Source of the DNA: Balamuthia mandrillaris | Taxonomy: Eukaryota | Length of the DNA stretch: 47,076 nucleotides | NCBI GenBank assembly: GCA_031835245.2 | Contig: JAVKOQ020000104.1 | Span: 124,001-171,076 of the forward strand | Direction of reading: 5' to 3' | Part shown: piece by piece, positions 1 through 13,459 of the stretch | Layout: every line of letters starts with the position of its first letter | Position numbering within the stretch: position 1 is the stretch's first letter | Program-made: the position numbers and the translations under genes | The notes under the pieces: generated by a model | Told to the model about the DNA's origin: nothing | Database searches by the model: none | What the model saw: the letters and a program-made list of their open reading frames with translations, nothing else

Positions 1-26
1 AACTAACGATCGATAAGTTTGCCTAA

Positions 27-99
27 GCCCCTATAGCTCAGCTGGTAGAGCGTTAGACTGAAGATCTAAAGGTCGCTGGTTCAAACCCGGCTGGGGGCA
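27..99 (+). tRNA. tRNA-Phe(GAA)
   Basis: Complete cloverleaf: acceptor GCCCCTA/TGGGGGC, D-arm AGCTCAGCTGGTAGAGC, anticodon arm TTAGA-CTGAAGA-TCTAA, T-loop GGTTCAAACC; followed by a T-run terminator. Confidence 0.97.
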
Positions 100-211
100 G
101 GTTCTCTTTTTGTTCACTTCTACTTTTGCCGCCTTTTTTTTCCCACTTTTTTTTTGCGTCAAAATTTGTTGTTATTTTATGCAAGGTAGCCAGCCGCTGG
201 AGGCTTGAATA

Positions 212-1338
212 ATGAGACGGAGCCACAAGCTCGCTTGCTCCTATGTCATCGTGTCCGAAGGTCGTAACCAGGGCCTGCTCTCGCGGATGAAAGAGGCTGC
301 CAGTTCCATTCCCGGCGCTGCCCTGCTCTCCTCCTTCTCCGACGAGACCTACCACCGCTCCAGCTTCACTCTGGCCGGCTTTCGTGAGCCCTTGGCCCAG
401 GCCGCCCTCTCCATCTGTCGCCTGGCCGTGCAGGAGCTGGACTTGACCCAGCACGGCCGGGAGGACGTGCAGGCGGTGCACCCCAGAGTGGGCGTGGTGG
501 ACCTCCTCCCTTTCTATCCCTTGGGCGAGGCTACCACCTTGCAGGAGTGCGGGCTTCTCGCTGCGACGGTGGGCAAACGTTTGGTGGATGAGTTCCCCGC
601 AAGAGCCTCTGTCGCGTTCTTCGGGACAGCTCATCCTTTGCAGCGAAGCTTGGTGGAGACCAGACGAGCCACCAATTTTTTCTCCTTGGGTGGTAGTGGT
701 CAGGCAGGAGGGCAAGGGCTGCCACCAGGTAGGGTGGAGATAAAGGAGTCCTCTGTCATTGATCTGGGAGCAGATCCTGTCGATCAAAGGACTGGGTTGA
801 CTGTTTGTGGGGCCATGCACTACGCCCTCAATTTTAATATCTTGTTGGACACTTTTGACCTTGCCTATGCTCGTTCCATTGCCTCTCGGTTCGTTTATCA
901 CCGTCATTTTTTTCAACGGCACCATCTCATTCTCTCTCTTCTCTCTTCTCTCTTCTCTCTTCTCTCTTCTCTCTTCTCTCTCTCTCTCTCTCTCTCTCGG
1001 AAACTGAAAGGGTAAGAAGCAGCGGTGGAGGACCTCTGCCAGGAGTGCAAGCCATGGCCCTGCCCCACAAAGACGGAGTCGAGATCGCCTGCAACCTATT
1101 GCAGCCAGAGGTATCCTCTCCTTCGCAGGTTCTGCAGTTGGTACAACACCTGCTACAAGAAGAAAAAGCAAAAGAAGATGAAGAAGGTCCAACTACAAAC
1201 AACAAAGCGCAAACGAAGGAAGAAGATGAAGAACACAAGACAATAGAGAAGAAGAAAGTAGTGGTGAAGCATTCTTATACGATTGGATTGACGGTGAATG
1301 AGATCTACGACCAAGCCGTCCGGGCTCTTTCCCTTTAG
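212..1338 (+). CDS. Glutamate formiminotransferase-like protein (FTCD N-terminal domains), 2 exons
   Basis: Motifs VSEGRN, FSDETYHRSSFTL, HPRVGVVDLLPFYPL, GVQAMALPH, VEIACNLL. An intron at ~889-1010 joins ORFs 212..1015 and 1045..1338. Confidence 0.85.
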
Positions 1339-1458
1339 TAATCCTAGGCGGGTGGTTGGTCCGTTGCTCTCCTTTTCTCCCAATCTGTCTTGCCTGGAAC
1401 TGCAATGCTTTCTTCTACTAACACACCATTCATATTTAAAATATAAAAGTAAATAATA

Positions 1459-2479
1459 TCAAACGGTATCGTAGGATTTGCCTCGCAAGCGATCCACGCC
1501 AGCCTTGCCTTTGTTGAACGAGAAGACGCAGCCATCCTTCACGTAGCCTGGCAGCGCCTTCCAAAACTCAAGATTGGGGATGAGGTTCAGGCCTGACTCC
1601 TCCTTGCGGAACTTTTGATACGCCACTCCTCCCACGAGGTACACCACCACCACGCATGACAAGCTTTGTTGGTCGCATACGGATATGGTGGTTAGAAATA
1701 GAACTGACGGAGAAAGAGAAGGAGGAAGGAGAAAGAACGAAGGAAGAGAACGGAGAAGAAGAAGAAAAGAAAAATGAAAGAAAAAAGCAACATACACAAT
1801 GATGAAAATCCAGCCACCAGCAAGTCCTTTTTTATCGTCACCGCCCCCCGAGGACTCAGGCCAAGAAACGGGACAACCAAAACGGCTGGTGAACCTGAAG
1901 TTATAGGTCAGCGGGGGGTTTTCCACCGGGTTGAGGCACTCGAACAGGGCTTCGCCCTCCTCCATGGCGCTGTCGCAGACGAACTCAATGTTGGAGCGAC
2001 GCCCATCCAAACCGCCCGTAAATTCTATGAAGAAACCGGTTCCTGCCTTTGGGCGTTCGCTGAGAGCATTGCCTTTGTTGAGGTCGCCTGTGCCGTACCC
2101 ATACCCTCCCTCTGTTGTTTCAGTTTATGTTAGAGAAAAGTAACAATAAAAAGATGCAAGTCAGAAGGAAGAGAGAGAGAGAGACGTGGCGTAGCAGTGA
2201 CATACGGAGCTGACAGGCGGTTTGGCCTCCGGGACCCTGGCAGTAGACGCTCTCCACTTCCCCGCAAGGGGCAAAGACGTAGTTCGTCCCATCCGCCGCC
2301 GGACGCTCCATTTCCTGCAGCGTGCTGGCCGCCCTAAAGTCATAGGCGTAGCCGGAGGGGAAGGAGGCCTGGCACCTCCCCGGAGGAATGATTTGGGCGT
2401 ACGCGGTGGTGCTCATGAGCACCAGCAGCAGCGCCGCCGCCATAACGCATAACGGAAAAGCAGAGGTCTCCCTCGTCAT
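1459..2479 (-). CDS. Mannose-6-phosphate receptor / ATG27-like type I membrane protein, multi-exon
   Basis: Signal peptide, Cys-rich MRH-like lumenal domain (NYVFAPCG, YNFRFTSRFGCP), TM segment, and tail YLVGGVAYQKF...GLNLIPNLEFWKALPGYVKDG typical of CD-MPR/ATG27. Confidence 0.85.
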
Positions 2480-2781
2480 CTTTGCAAGCGAACAAACTAC
2501 CGGCTTTGCTTGTCTTCCCTCGGCGGGATTGCTTGGTTGTCGGCAAAGGAGAGAAAGGGCCAAAAGCCCCTGATTAATGAATGGGGGATAATTAACAACG
2601 GCCATTAAGGCACGAGGGGAAAGTAGGAGGAAGATTTTATTGGGGATAGCGCGGGTGGGTGGAAGGAAGAAGTAAGGAGAGGATCTCCAGGTCTGCATTC
2701 GCTGCCAAACAAAGCGGGTAAACAGTAGTGCTGGTGACCGTTCAAAAGCTCACCTTTCGGAGCTATTGAACAAACCGTTAG

Positions 2782-2821
<40 letters not shown>

Positions 2822-3398
2822 ATCTCTCTGTCCTGATGGGAAGGTATGGCCCAAGAATTCCCTTTTCCATCCTTTTTCTGCGCACTTTTGCTGCGCAAGA
2901 TGTGCCCATATGTCGACAGATTATCCTCCCACAATGAAAAACCAGCCAATCCGTGGCCCAACTATAAAAGAAATCTTGCTGCGGTTTTTGTCCAACGAAA
3001 AAAATATTGTCGACAGTAGCGGCCTGCCTGAGGAGCCAATTCCAGGATATTTGTGACGACACGAAACAAAAAGAAAGCAAAATAAAAGAGGAGAGAGATT
3101 GATTGATTTGTTTTTTTTTTTTTTTCGAAATCGACTCTCGATTGCCAACGACGACGACATAAAGAAACGGCATAGACTATATTCTTGGTGACCGAGTGGA
3201 TTTTTTTTTTAAAAAAAAGCCTCTCGCTTTTTTTCTCGCTCTCTGAGAGGGGGGAGAAGAAGGAAGAATATTTGTCCGATTGACAACGAGACGTCAGCAA
3301 ATCAATCCGATTGATCGAGTGATTGATTGATTGGAGTTTGCAACTCTTTTACTTTGTTTGCCGCGCAACGCAAAAAGAGTGAGATAAAGCACGGGGCA

Positions 3399-4153
3399 AT
3401 GCTCAACCCGACCAACTTTCTATTGGGAGAAAGCGAAGATGGCGGCTTTGACAAAGACATACGGGCGCAGCTCTCTGGTGTAGGCAGCTTGTTGGCGAAG
3501 GAAGGCATCTTTGGCTTTACGTCTATCCGTGAGGGAAACGGCAAACATGATGACGACGATGAAGGTATGTTTAACGCGACACGCCGTCTCTGCTTGGTCT
3601 TCTTTCTTCTTCTTCTTCTTCTTCTTCTTCATTCGCCATCTCCTGCTCACTTTTTTGTTTTGATGTACACAGACTATTCCATCAAAGCAGACACTGCTGT
3701 GGACTTTGAGGACATCAACGAGCTTGCAGAGGAGGAAGAAGAAGAAGAAGGGGAGGAGTCCCAAGCAAGTCAGGTGCATGTCGAAGCTCGAGCTCCTGCT
3801 TCTTCTGCCAACGGCAGCACACCAGCTGCTCCTGCTTCTTCCTCTCTCTCCCTCTCCTCGGTTGCAGCTACTGCTCTTCCTTCGACGCCTGCCAAACCTC
3901 CCTTCAGTCAAGCATCGGTACCGCCAGCTGCAAAGGTGGCTGAGCTGTCGCTGCCACCCAGCAGCACGCCTGCAGCGCAGCCAGTCACTGCGGATGAGGT
4001 TCAACAGAGATCACCAAACGAGAGTACTGTGGCTGCCGCACCATCAGTGACTGATGAGAAGCGGGAGGAGGCAAAGAAAGAGAAGGAAGATGCTGATGAC
4101 AAGATGGTGCTGGAGGAAAAAGAAAAGCAAGAAGCTTCCCAGGAGGAGGTATC

Positions 4154-4190
<37 letters not shown>

Positions 4191-7100
4191 GTTCACTCAC
4201 CGCCTTGTTTACTCTGTTACCATTTTACAGACTTCCCTTTTGCCTCTAGTCTCTGCCATATTGTCTGGCTCTGGCCAAGAGCTATCACCTCGCTCTGTAA
4301 GGAAAGTTTGCAGCACGCTAAAAGGCCCGCGCGGTCCCATTCTCAAATTTTCGGAAATCTTTGCACCGCCTGCCAAGACTCCCTACAAGTCTCGCACAAA
4401 AGGCAAGCGACGAGGAGCGGCGGCAACCGCGGTCCCACCAGAGCCAGTAGAAAACATCCAACCAGAGAAGGATGAAGAGGAACTATTTGATCAAACTCGA
4501 TATGTATTATTTATGAGCGAGGAACAGCTGGCCAAAGTTTTGGGATTTGAGGAAACAGATGAGATGGATGAGGAGGAAGAGGAGGAAGGAGAGGAAGGTC
4601 AAGCGAGGAACAAGCATAACGCTATCTTCGGAGAGGACTTTGGCTTTTCGCTCTTCAAGCCCAATGAAAACGAGGCGCAGCAATATCTCGAACAGCACTT
4701 TCCGCTCAAGCAGGCTCCTGCTCCGTTCTTCTTACCGGTGCAGCAAACGGAATGGGAGAAGTCCATCATTTGGGATGACGACGATATCGACAGAGATAAA
4801 CACGCTGCTTTATTGTTGAACTCGCAGAAGGAGATTAAATCCGCTGTAAGCCTGCAACAACATCAGGACCCACAGAAAGACGCGTCAATCAAGTCCACTT
4901 TGTCTTATTCATTGGATGCTGCATCTCGCTTAGCAATAACAAAGAAGCAATGGGGCACAATTTCTGATGAACCAACAACCCAACCTGAACAAAACAACAA
5001 CAGCACACCACCTCTTCACCACCATTACCATACCAACAACAAACAAACTCTTCTTTCTCGCCCCGATGAATTACCTCCACCTTCCCTCGTTTCCATTGCT
5101 GCCGCCAGCCCAACTCCTACAACACCTTCTCATCTTCTCGACGAGCCTTCTAACAACGATCTCTCCCATTCCAATGCCAACGCAAACAACTCTCAGCCCG
5201 ATTCCACCACCAAAGGACAACATGACCTCTTTGCATTACATTTGAACAATGACCTCGAAACAGGGGAATGGCTGGAAGGGGTCATATGGGATGACCGAAG
5301 CGTTCCTCCCAAAGCCTACTCTCAGCCTCTCATCTTGGATCTTAACGACAAGAACATGCTATTTGAGGAAGACACTACATCCACCTCCACTGCTTCTTCT
5401 TCTTCAGAGTCTGGTGCTGTTGATAGCAAACAGCAAGCAGCAGATGACGCGTTGTCCATTCGCCGTCGAAGACCCAAACGTAACATGAGCGAGATTGAGA
5501 GCATCATAGAGCAAGAGATTGAGGAGAACTTGGATCCGTTCAACCTTTCACAAGATAGGATGTATGTGGCCGTTCAACGCAACCAGATACGTTCCAAGAG
5601 CTTACGCAAATCGCTTGTTCAGCATTCTCTTCCAGCTTTGAAACTGCAAACCGTACGTTCTTTATCTTATTTTCTTCAGCATTCCTCCCTCTTTCTTTTT
5701 GCCACATTTGATTTTTAACAACTTCTTTACAGTTCAAGACACACCTAACTCCTGAAGAACTACGAGACTTCCATCGGCCCAAAACCAAGTTTCCTCCCTG
5801 CAAAAAAATCAAGATATCTCCCACCGAAAGTGCCGTCACCGCCACTAACTCAAGTGGCAAACGCTCCAAACGAAGGCAAAGCCACACCACCATCCGTCGA
5901 GTGCGGGATCTCACTGGCAAGGATGGACGCGTTGTGCTGATGGAGTACATGGAAGAGCGTCCGCCTCTCCTGATGAACATCGGCATGGGCACCAAGATAC
6001 GAAATTTCTTTCGCAAACAGTCCTCCACAGACTTGCCTCCTTATACCTGCGAAGACGGAGAGACAGTCATTCTGGAGCCTACCGATGATTCTCCCTTTTT
6101 GGGCGATGTGGGTCCTGGAGAAATCGTTCAGGGTCTGGACAGCAATCTCTTCAAAGCTCCTATAATGCGGCACGACCCCCCTATGACCGATTTTCTGTTG
6201 ATTCGCAGCAAGGACAAGCGCCGAGCTTACATTAGGGAGATACCTGCCGTCTATGCGGTGGGACAGCAGCAACCGTTAGTCAAAGTCCCGGCTCCCAACA
6301 GCCGTTCTGCCAACAACTTTATGAAGAACCGGCTGCAAACGTTCATCTACCGTCTGTTCAAGAAGCGCAGTACTTCTCAGCAGCGTCTTCGTATTTCGGA
6401 TGTCTGCTCCGCCTTTCCCAACCAATCAGAAACGGCCATTCGTAAGCGTTTGAAGGATTGTGCCGACTTTCAGAGAGGAGGAGATGACAGCGGGTGGTGG
6501 ACCGTGAAGGAGGGCTTTGAGCTGCCGTCAGAGGAAGATTTGCGCAAGATGTTGGCTCCGGAGAAGGTCTGTGCCTATGAGAGCATGCAAGCAGGTCAGC
6601 AATACCTTGCCGATATTGGCATTGAAAACATCACGAATACTTCTGGTCTTAGTACTGGTTTGTTACCCTTTTGCTTCTTTCTCTTTTTGTTCTTTCTCGA
6701 ATGGAGGTTTTACTTACCTCACATAAAATATAGTGTGCACAGTACAAAAGAAAGCTGTGCGACAAGTACAGGCAGAGATTCCACGCTTGAAGGAAGCCGC
6801 CAACAAGTTTCAAGAAGAGCTGCTGCTTACGCCCTGGCATCTCACCTCTAACTTTGTTAGCGTCATGCATGGCAAAGGTCAATTGCAGCTGGAGGGCTTT
6901 GGAGACCCAACCGGTCGTGGTGATGGCTTTAGCTACATGAAGGTTCCCATCAAGTCCACGCAAGGCACGAGCACCAGCAAGCAAACCCAATCCAAACTGG
7001 CGGTAACGGGCACTGATGCTGACTTGAGGAAGCTCTCCCTAGAGAATTCTCGCCTAGTGCTGCTCAAGTTTGGGGTGGCGGATGAGGCCATTCAAAAGTT

Positions 7101-9517
7101 GACGCGGTGGGAAAGGATCGACCTGGTGCGAAAGAAGTCCAGCGCAGCAGCTGCCTCTGCATCAGGGGATGACCCGATGCTCACCAAGTTTGCGAGAGGA
7201 GCGCGTCATAACATTCACCAACAGCAACAACAGTACAAGGATGACTGCCAAAGAATCTTTGAGCGACAGCTGCGGTTTTTGTCTCAAAAGAATCCAGAAG
7301 TGTCAGATGATGAAGAGGAAACTTTGGAGGGTGGCAACTTGGAGGAGTTGGAGGACTTTGTTGGTGCGTTGGAAGGAGAGCTCATGTCTGCCATTGATTC
7401 AGATGCGAACACCACCACAACCCCGTCAACGGTAAAGACAGCTGCTGCCTCTCCAAAGAAGGCACCATCAGCTTCGCGATTGCTTGCTAGCAAGAAACGG
7501 AGGAAGAAAACAGTTGAGGTGGATGAAGAGGCCGATAAGAAGGAGTTCGAAAAATTTATGGAGGAGTCACTGGAAGCGGAGAGAAAAGCGGCCGCTGCTG
7601 CAGCTGCCTCTGGCTCTGCGTCTGCCTTGTCCACCACAGTTACCCCTTCTGCCTCCCTTTCCACAATTGCTCCTTCTCCTACAACTCCTGCCGCAACCAC
7701 TTCTGCTCCTTCCCCTGTTTCTGCTGCCTCTCTCGCAATCAAAAAAGAACCAAAACGACAAGTTGGTGCAACTCCAACAGCTGCGCCAAAACAGAAAGTC
7801 AAGAAACGCAAAGTCATCAAACGAACCGTCACCAAGAAGAACGCCGATGGCACCACCACCAAGGTTGTGGAGTACATCAAGGATCCGGAGCTCATCGAAA
7901 AGATCCTGAGCAAGAAGAACAAGAAGCCAGCTACTGGTGGCAGCAGCTACGTACCAAAGAGACCCCGACGACCGAAGCTGACGGCGGAGGAAGAAGAGAA
8001 GAGGAACCTGTTTCGGAAGGAGAAGCGGCGTTTGCAGGAGCAGCTGCGCAGGCTCAAGAAAAACAGAGAGAAGCAAAAGGCTCTCACGAAACGATTGGAA
8101 ACTGGCAACCTCGATGGCACTCTCCCCACTTCTGGAATTACTGTACGCCTTCGTTTATTTCTTCTTCTTATTTTCCGTTTTTATTCAGCAAAAAAACTAA
8201 CACCTCCTTTCTCTTTTATTTGCATATGTTTTCAATAGTTGCAATGCGGTGCATGCGGAATGATAGGCCACATGCGCACCAACAGAAACTGCCCATACTT
8301 CAAAGAGCCTTCTCCCACTTCCGCCACCCCTGCAGAGACTCCTTCTACTGCTGCTTCGACTTCTGCTCAGTCCTCTAAGGCAAAACACGTTTCTACCAGC
8401 GATAACGGGCCCACAGCAACCACAGCTGCATCTGGCGGCGAGTCTGGGCTTGTCAAAGTTGAAGGCACCAAGATCCGATTCTCCAAGATGGTGTTGCCCT
8501 CTCTTACCATTCCTCCTTCTCCGTCGCCAGCAACGACAACTGCACCCACACCCTCTCCCTCATCCCCTTTGACAACAGAAGCTCCCAAGAAATCCTCTTT
8601 GATTTTACGCATCAGCAGAAAGGACTTGGGCAACTCTCTTTCTTCTCTTTCTTCCTCTACTTCTCCTTCTTCTACTGCCTCTACAACGCCAACAACTGAT
8701 TCAACAACCCCTAAAAGCAAAACGAAAACAACAACTCGTTCTTTACCTCAAACCAACGGCCTTCATCCTCCCTCTTCTGTCAACGACAAAACATCAACAA
8801 AAATTGGAAAGAGAAAACGAGAAATCTCTGAACCGAGTTACATGCTGCATCCTCCTAAAGTCTCTCGCCGCCGCCTCAGCAAGAGCGGGCGTGGCGCCGG
8901 CGTGGAGCTATGCAACCTCTTGGAGCGTGCGTGGAACAAAGTGTCAGAGCACAACTTTGCAGCACCCTTTAGAGAGCCGGTGAACGCCAAGTTGGTGCCG
9001 GACTACTACAAGGTCATCAAACGGCCAATGGACTTGAAGACCATCAAGACAAAGCTGCAGAACTTCAAATACCATTCAAGGGGAGAATTCTTGGATGACA
9101 TGAAGCTGATGGTTGCCAATTGCCATCAGTATAATGACGTTCGGAATCCTGGATTACCTCCTTTGGCAGATGTATTGCTTCAAATCTGTGAGGATGCTAT
9201 ACTTGAGGTTAACTATCTTGTCTCTTCTTACTGCTTGTTAGTTTGAGATAATTAACTTTTATTTCTTTTCATAGATGGATGATGAGTTAACCTCATTAGA
9301 GCAGTTGATACACCCCGAAGGCACGTCCTCAACCACAACACCAACCACAACGAAGCCTCGAGGAGGTGCGTCCAAGACGATAAAGAAGGAGGAAGGACCA
9401 ACCCCAACACCGACCACAACGCCGGGAACAACCATTGTCAAAATCAAGAGAGACGTTCTCAAACAAGCTCTTCTCCAGAAGCAAAAGAGCAACTCCCAAC
9501 CTTCTTCTGTGCAGTAA
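3399..9517 (+). CDS. TAF1: Transcription initiation factor TFIID subunit 1, multi-exon
   Basis: Central conserved TAF1 domain (DLTGKDGRVVLMEYMEERPPLLMNIGM, SETAIRKRLK, GFGDPTGRGDGFSY, VTGTDADLRKL), zinc knuckle CGACGMIGHMRTNRNCP, and one bromodomain (PFREPVN..VPDYYKVIKRPMDL). Confidence 0.96.
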
Positions 9518-9551
9518 CATTTAAAATTAAACGTTATTTATTTATGTTTCG

Positions 9552-10142
9552 TTACTCAAACGCAAAGTCGTTGCCACTGCGCAAGATCCTTCGCGCCATC
9601 TTGATTCTTGTCAATAATAACAAATCTGTATCTTCTGCTCCTTCTGTCTCTGCTTCTTCTTTCTGTTCTTTCGCTTTCTTCTTGATTTTCTCTCTCGTCT
9701 TTGCTTTCATCACATCCAAAAACACGACCAATTGATCCCTCAACAACGACAATTCAAACGAACCGGTGATTCGCTTCATCACCATGGTCACTTTGCTCTC
9801 CGAAAACTCGGTCAAGAGAGTGGTGAAGAAGATGTGGAAGAAGAGGACGGCCTTCTTGGTGATCAGCTTGTCCAGCTCTAGTACCTTCAACATGGAGAGA
9901 GAAAGGGAGAAGCTGGCCATCAGATGAGCCAAGAGATGAGCCAAGTTGGAGATGACGCGAGTGTTGAGTTGTTGTTCTTTGGTGTTGCTGTCGTCGTTGG
10001 AAAGTAACTTGAACTTGTCCCAAAAGCTATATTGGAAGGTGAACTTGTAGTTGTAGTTGAAAGAGCATAACTTGGAGGCAAGGTGTGCATAATACTCATT
10101 CCACAATCTCTCCTGTTGCATTTTGTACTTTAGTTTTTTAAC

Positions 10143-10178
<36 letters not shown>

Positions 10179-13100
10179 ACGTGAGCACAGCAATGCATAA
10201 GAACATAAACGATCTCTCGGTCTTGTTTTGACTTTAAGTTGAGCTTCAACAGCTTCTCAAATGCATCCATATAATCCTTCAACCAAAGAGATAAGCACCA
10301 AAAACAAAAGAAGGACAAGAGAAGATAGAAAAATACCTCGCTCGACATCAAGATACAGAAGACGGCTTTCCTGATGTCGGTAGTCATTCTGTGTTGGGCA
10401 GCCATCACCAACAGCTCGTTGTCGAATTTTTTCAAGGCAGACTTGGTTGCTGTGGCTTGTTCTGCTTCTTGTGGCGCAGCCCATGCACTGCCAACCAGCC
10501 ACCATCGTCCTCTTTTCTTGGAGGACACTAAGTCACTCCATGGGATCTTCAATTGTTTAGACGTCCCTTTTTAATATTTTTGTTAACCAATAAACACAAG
10601 AACAAGTAAAAGCAAAGCAACAAGAAGAAATGAACAAGAGATAGGAAACCTTTTGCCAAAAGCTTTCTGAGCGAATTTCTAAACTGTGTGATACGTTCAA
10701 TGTTGGCGTCATCAGAGGCACGTTGTTTGTTGTTCTTTAAGTCGTAAATGGCTTCCAACATGAACCGAACGCGAGAGGGCAACCCTTTGAGCTCTGATTT
10801 CTCTTCACTGTCGTGCTCTAATGTTTTTGTTTTCATGTTTGTTTTCGGGTCCACAGTCATTGCTTCTTCTGTTGTTTGTTCGTTGTGTTTGTTTGCTTTG
10901 CTTAATGCAGCAGCTTTTTCTTGAACCATCAATATTACTTCTTTCAGCGATTGTGGATCATCTGAACGAAGCTGAGTTCCGCAATCTAAACGAAGAAGAG
11001 ACGTGTCAATTTCATATTTAAAGATGAAAAAGTAAAACTAGAAAACATGAAACGAAAAGAGAAAAACGAATAGGTACTTTTCAGAATGGAGAGCAGAAGC
11101 TCGATATCGTTTTCAGTAAAGGAACCAACCAACAGCTTGATGAGGTCATAAATGATTCCACTATGTAGCACGTGGAAGTTGTATAGATGAACGAACATTA
11201 GCACCGTGTTGCTCATCTTTTGGAAACCGCCTTCTTCCGATTCCTCCGAAGAAAAAGTGGATGTTGCAGGCTTTGATTTAATATGAGCCATCAAGGATAA
11301 CGCCAATTTCTCCAGAAAATAACCACCTAAAAGAAGAGAAAAAGAAAGTTAAGTACACTTATAAGAAGAAACGGAGCAAGGAGAAAAACTACAGTACCAA
11401 CTTCCATCCCCACCAAATTGTGAAGAATAGCAATCAATGCGGCATAGATCAATACGAACATGGCGCCCTTATGTTGAGCCTCGCTCAAGTCGAACAAAAT
11501 TGCTTCCGTCAAAATTTCTGTCACCTCTATGAATTTTTAAAAGATGCATTAGTCCTCTTAAGAGTGTTGAGTAAGGAGAACAGGGAAGGGAGTGGAGCAG
11601 AAGAGGGGAAAAGCATAAACCAACCGTTGGTACTGTGTTCAGAAAAGACATTATCCAAGGCCTGAGAGATGGGTTCCAAATTCGTGTTCGAAACACGATT
11701 GAGCAGACCTCTAATTTGTTTGACCAATCTCTCGTCTCTCTTGTTGGTCTCGTTGGCTTTCTTTTTTTCTGCTGTTGCTTGGAGCTGCCGTCGAAGTGAA
11801 GGCGGCACATACTTGTTATTTCCAACGCTGTTAATGGCTTCTTTCTCTGCCGCCTTTGCCTCTTGTTCTTCTTCATTTTCCTCCTCCTCTTCCTCTTCCT
11901 CTGCTTTAGGGTAAAGATCTCTTCCATAAATGTCCGTAGTTGTGAGCTTCATGTAATCATTTGCGTAAGGGTCGTCTTCATCTTCTTCATCATCTTCGTC
12001 ATCATCCAATTCTTGTTCTTCTTTGCCTGCGTCTTCTTCGTCCAAATCGTCATCATCTGCGTCCAATTCATCAGCATCATTTTCGTCCTCTTCGTTACTT
12101 ACTTCTTCTGCACTCAACTCATCCGCATCTGCCTCCTCGTCACCATCAACATGATATTCGTTTTCATCATCATCGCTTTCGCTCTCGCGCAAACCTTCAA
12201 ATATAGCTAATCATTCGCATTAAGAGAAAATGATAAGACATAATAAAAGAAGCAGGGAAAGAGAGAAGCAGAGAAAGGAAGCAGATAGAGAAAAGATAGT
12301 GAGAAAAAAAGGATACAATCCAAGCCATCATTTGCCATCTCATTTCGAAGCCGCTTCTTGTCCTTGTCGCTCTTTTTGAGCTTGCTTTCTACGTATTGAA
12401 GGTACTCTTCCTGAGGATCGCCGTATCTCGCCTTCATCTCGGCCTCCAACTTACTTTCCTGTTGCTTTGGTTTCTTTTTCGTTGTTTGCATTGTTTCTGT
12501 TTTCATTTCTTCCGCTTTTCGTTTCTTCGTTGTTGCTGCTTCTGGCATTTGTTCTACGCCTTCCTCCACTCGCTCTTGTTGCTCTTCTTCATTTTCTTCG
12601 TTCTCTGCGTTTGCTTCTTCGTTTCTGAGTTTGGCTTCTTTTTCTTGCTGTGCTGCTACTTTTAACCGTTGTTGCTGCATAGAGAGCATAGACAAAGCAA
12701 AAAATGACAGTAATGAGTGAAGAGAGAGAGAGAGAGAGAGTACAAAGCTGAAAAGAGAGAGAGAGAGAGAGAGAGAGAGAATCGGAGAAGAAGCGAGACA
12801 AGACGCATGCGGGCAAAAACGAACAACAACAACAAGAGAAAGAAAGAAAGAGGTACCAAGCTTCGCCGTTGGTTGAACTGATTCCGTTTTTTCTTCTTCT
12901 CCACTCGCTCCTTCTTCCTTCGCTCCTTTCGCGATTGACTGCGTTTCCATTTCTTCAACACTGGTTTTCCATCCGCAGCTTATTTTTTGTTCCCAAAAAA
13001 AAAAAAATAATGCAGTCTGAGTCAGTGTCCGTCCCTTTGAAAAAAAAAATGCACACACACACACACACAAAAGAAAAAAACAAACAAACCAGTGGAAGCT

Positions 13101-13297
13101 CCGCCCTCCGCTATTTCTTGTTTGATCGTCTCCGGGAGTTCGAGCGGTTCCGATCGGTTTCTTCCTGCTCCCCTGCCCCTTCCGCCTCTTCCTCCACGAA
13201 AGCCTCCTCTTCCTCTTCCACCCCCACGAAAACCTCCTCCTCTACTTCTACCTCTTCCTCGGCCTCCACCTCCTCTACCTCCTCCGTTTCTCTCCAT
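9552..13297 (-). CDS. NOM1: Nucleolar MIF4G/MA3 domain protein (NOM1/Sgd1), multi-exon
   Basis: RGG-rich N-terminus, acidic tract, KYVPPSLRR, IRGLLNRVS, RVRFMLEAIYDLKNNK, KRGRWWLVGSAW, RMTTDIRKAVFCILMSSEDYMDAFEKLLKL. Confidence 0.9.
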
Positions 13298-13339
13298 CTT
13301 TGTTTCTTTCTTTCTTTTTTCTTTTTTCAATCCTACAAA

Positions 13340-13430
13340 CATAAAAAACGAACCGTACAGGATTGGGATTCGAACCCGCGTTGGAAAAAACCCATAAAAA
13401 CAAACTATACGGGATTGGGATTCGAACCCG
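13340..13430. repeat. Two imperfect ~39-bp direct repeats, each with a Pol III B-box on the minus strand
   Basis: cataaaaaacgaaccgtacaggattgggattcgaacccg (13340-13378) and cataaaaacaaactatacgggattgggattcgaacccg (13393-13430); the reverse complement contains GGGTTCGAATCCC. Confidence 0.8.
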
Positions 13431-13459
13431 AGCTGTGTTGATGAAGAAAGAAGAAAGTA

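Noticed and set aside
2729..2783. SECIS or H/ACA snoRNA identity for the hairpin
   Set aside because: No correctly placed UGA/GA quartet with apical AA, and no H or ACA box after the stem.
8880..9310. Single bromodomain in TAF1
   Set aside because: Ordinary outside animals (plant TAF1 has one).
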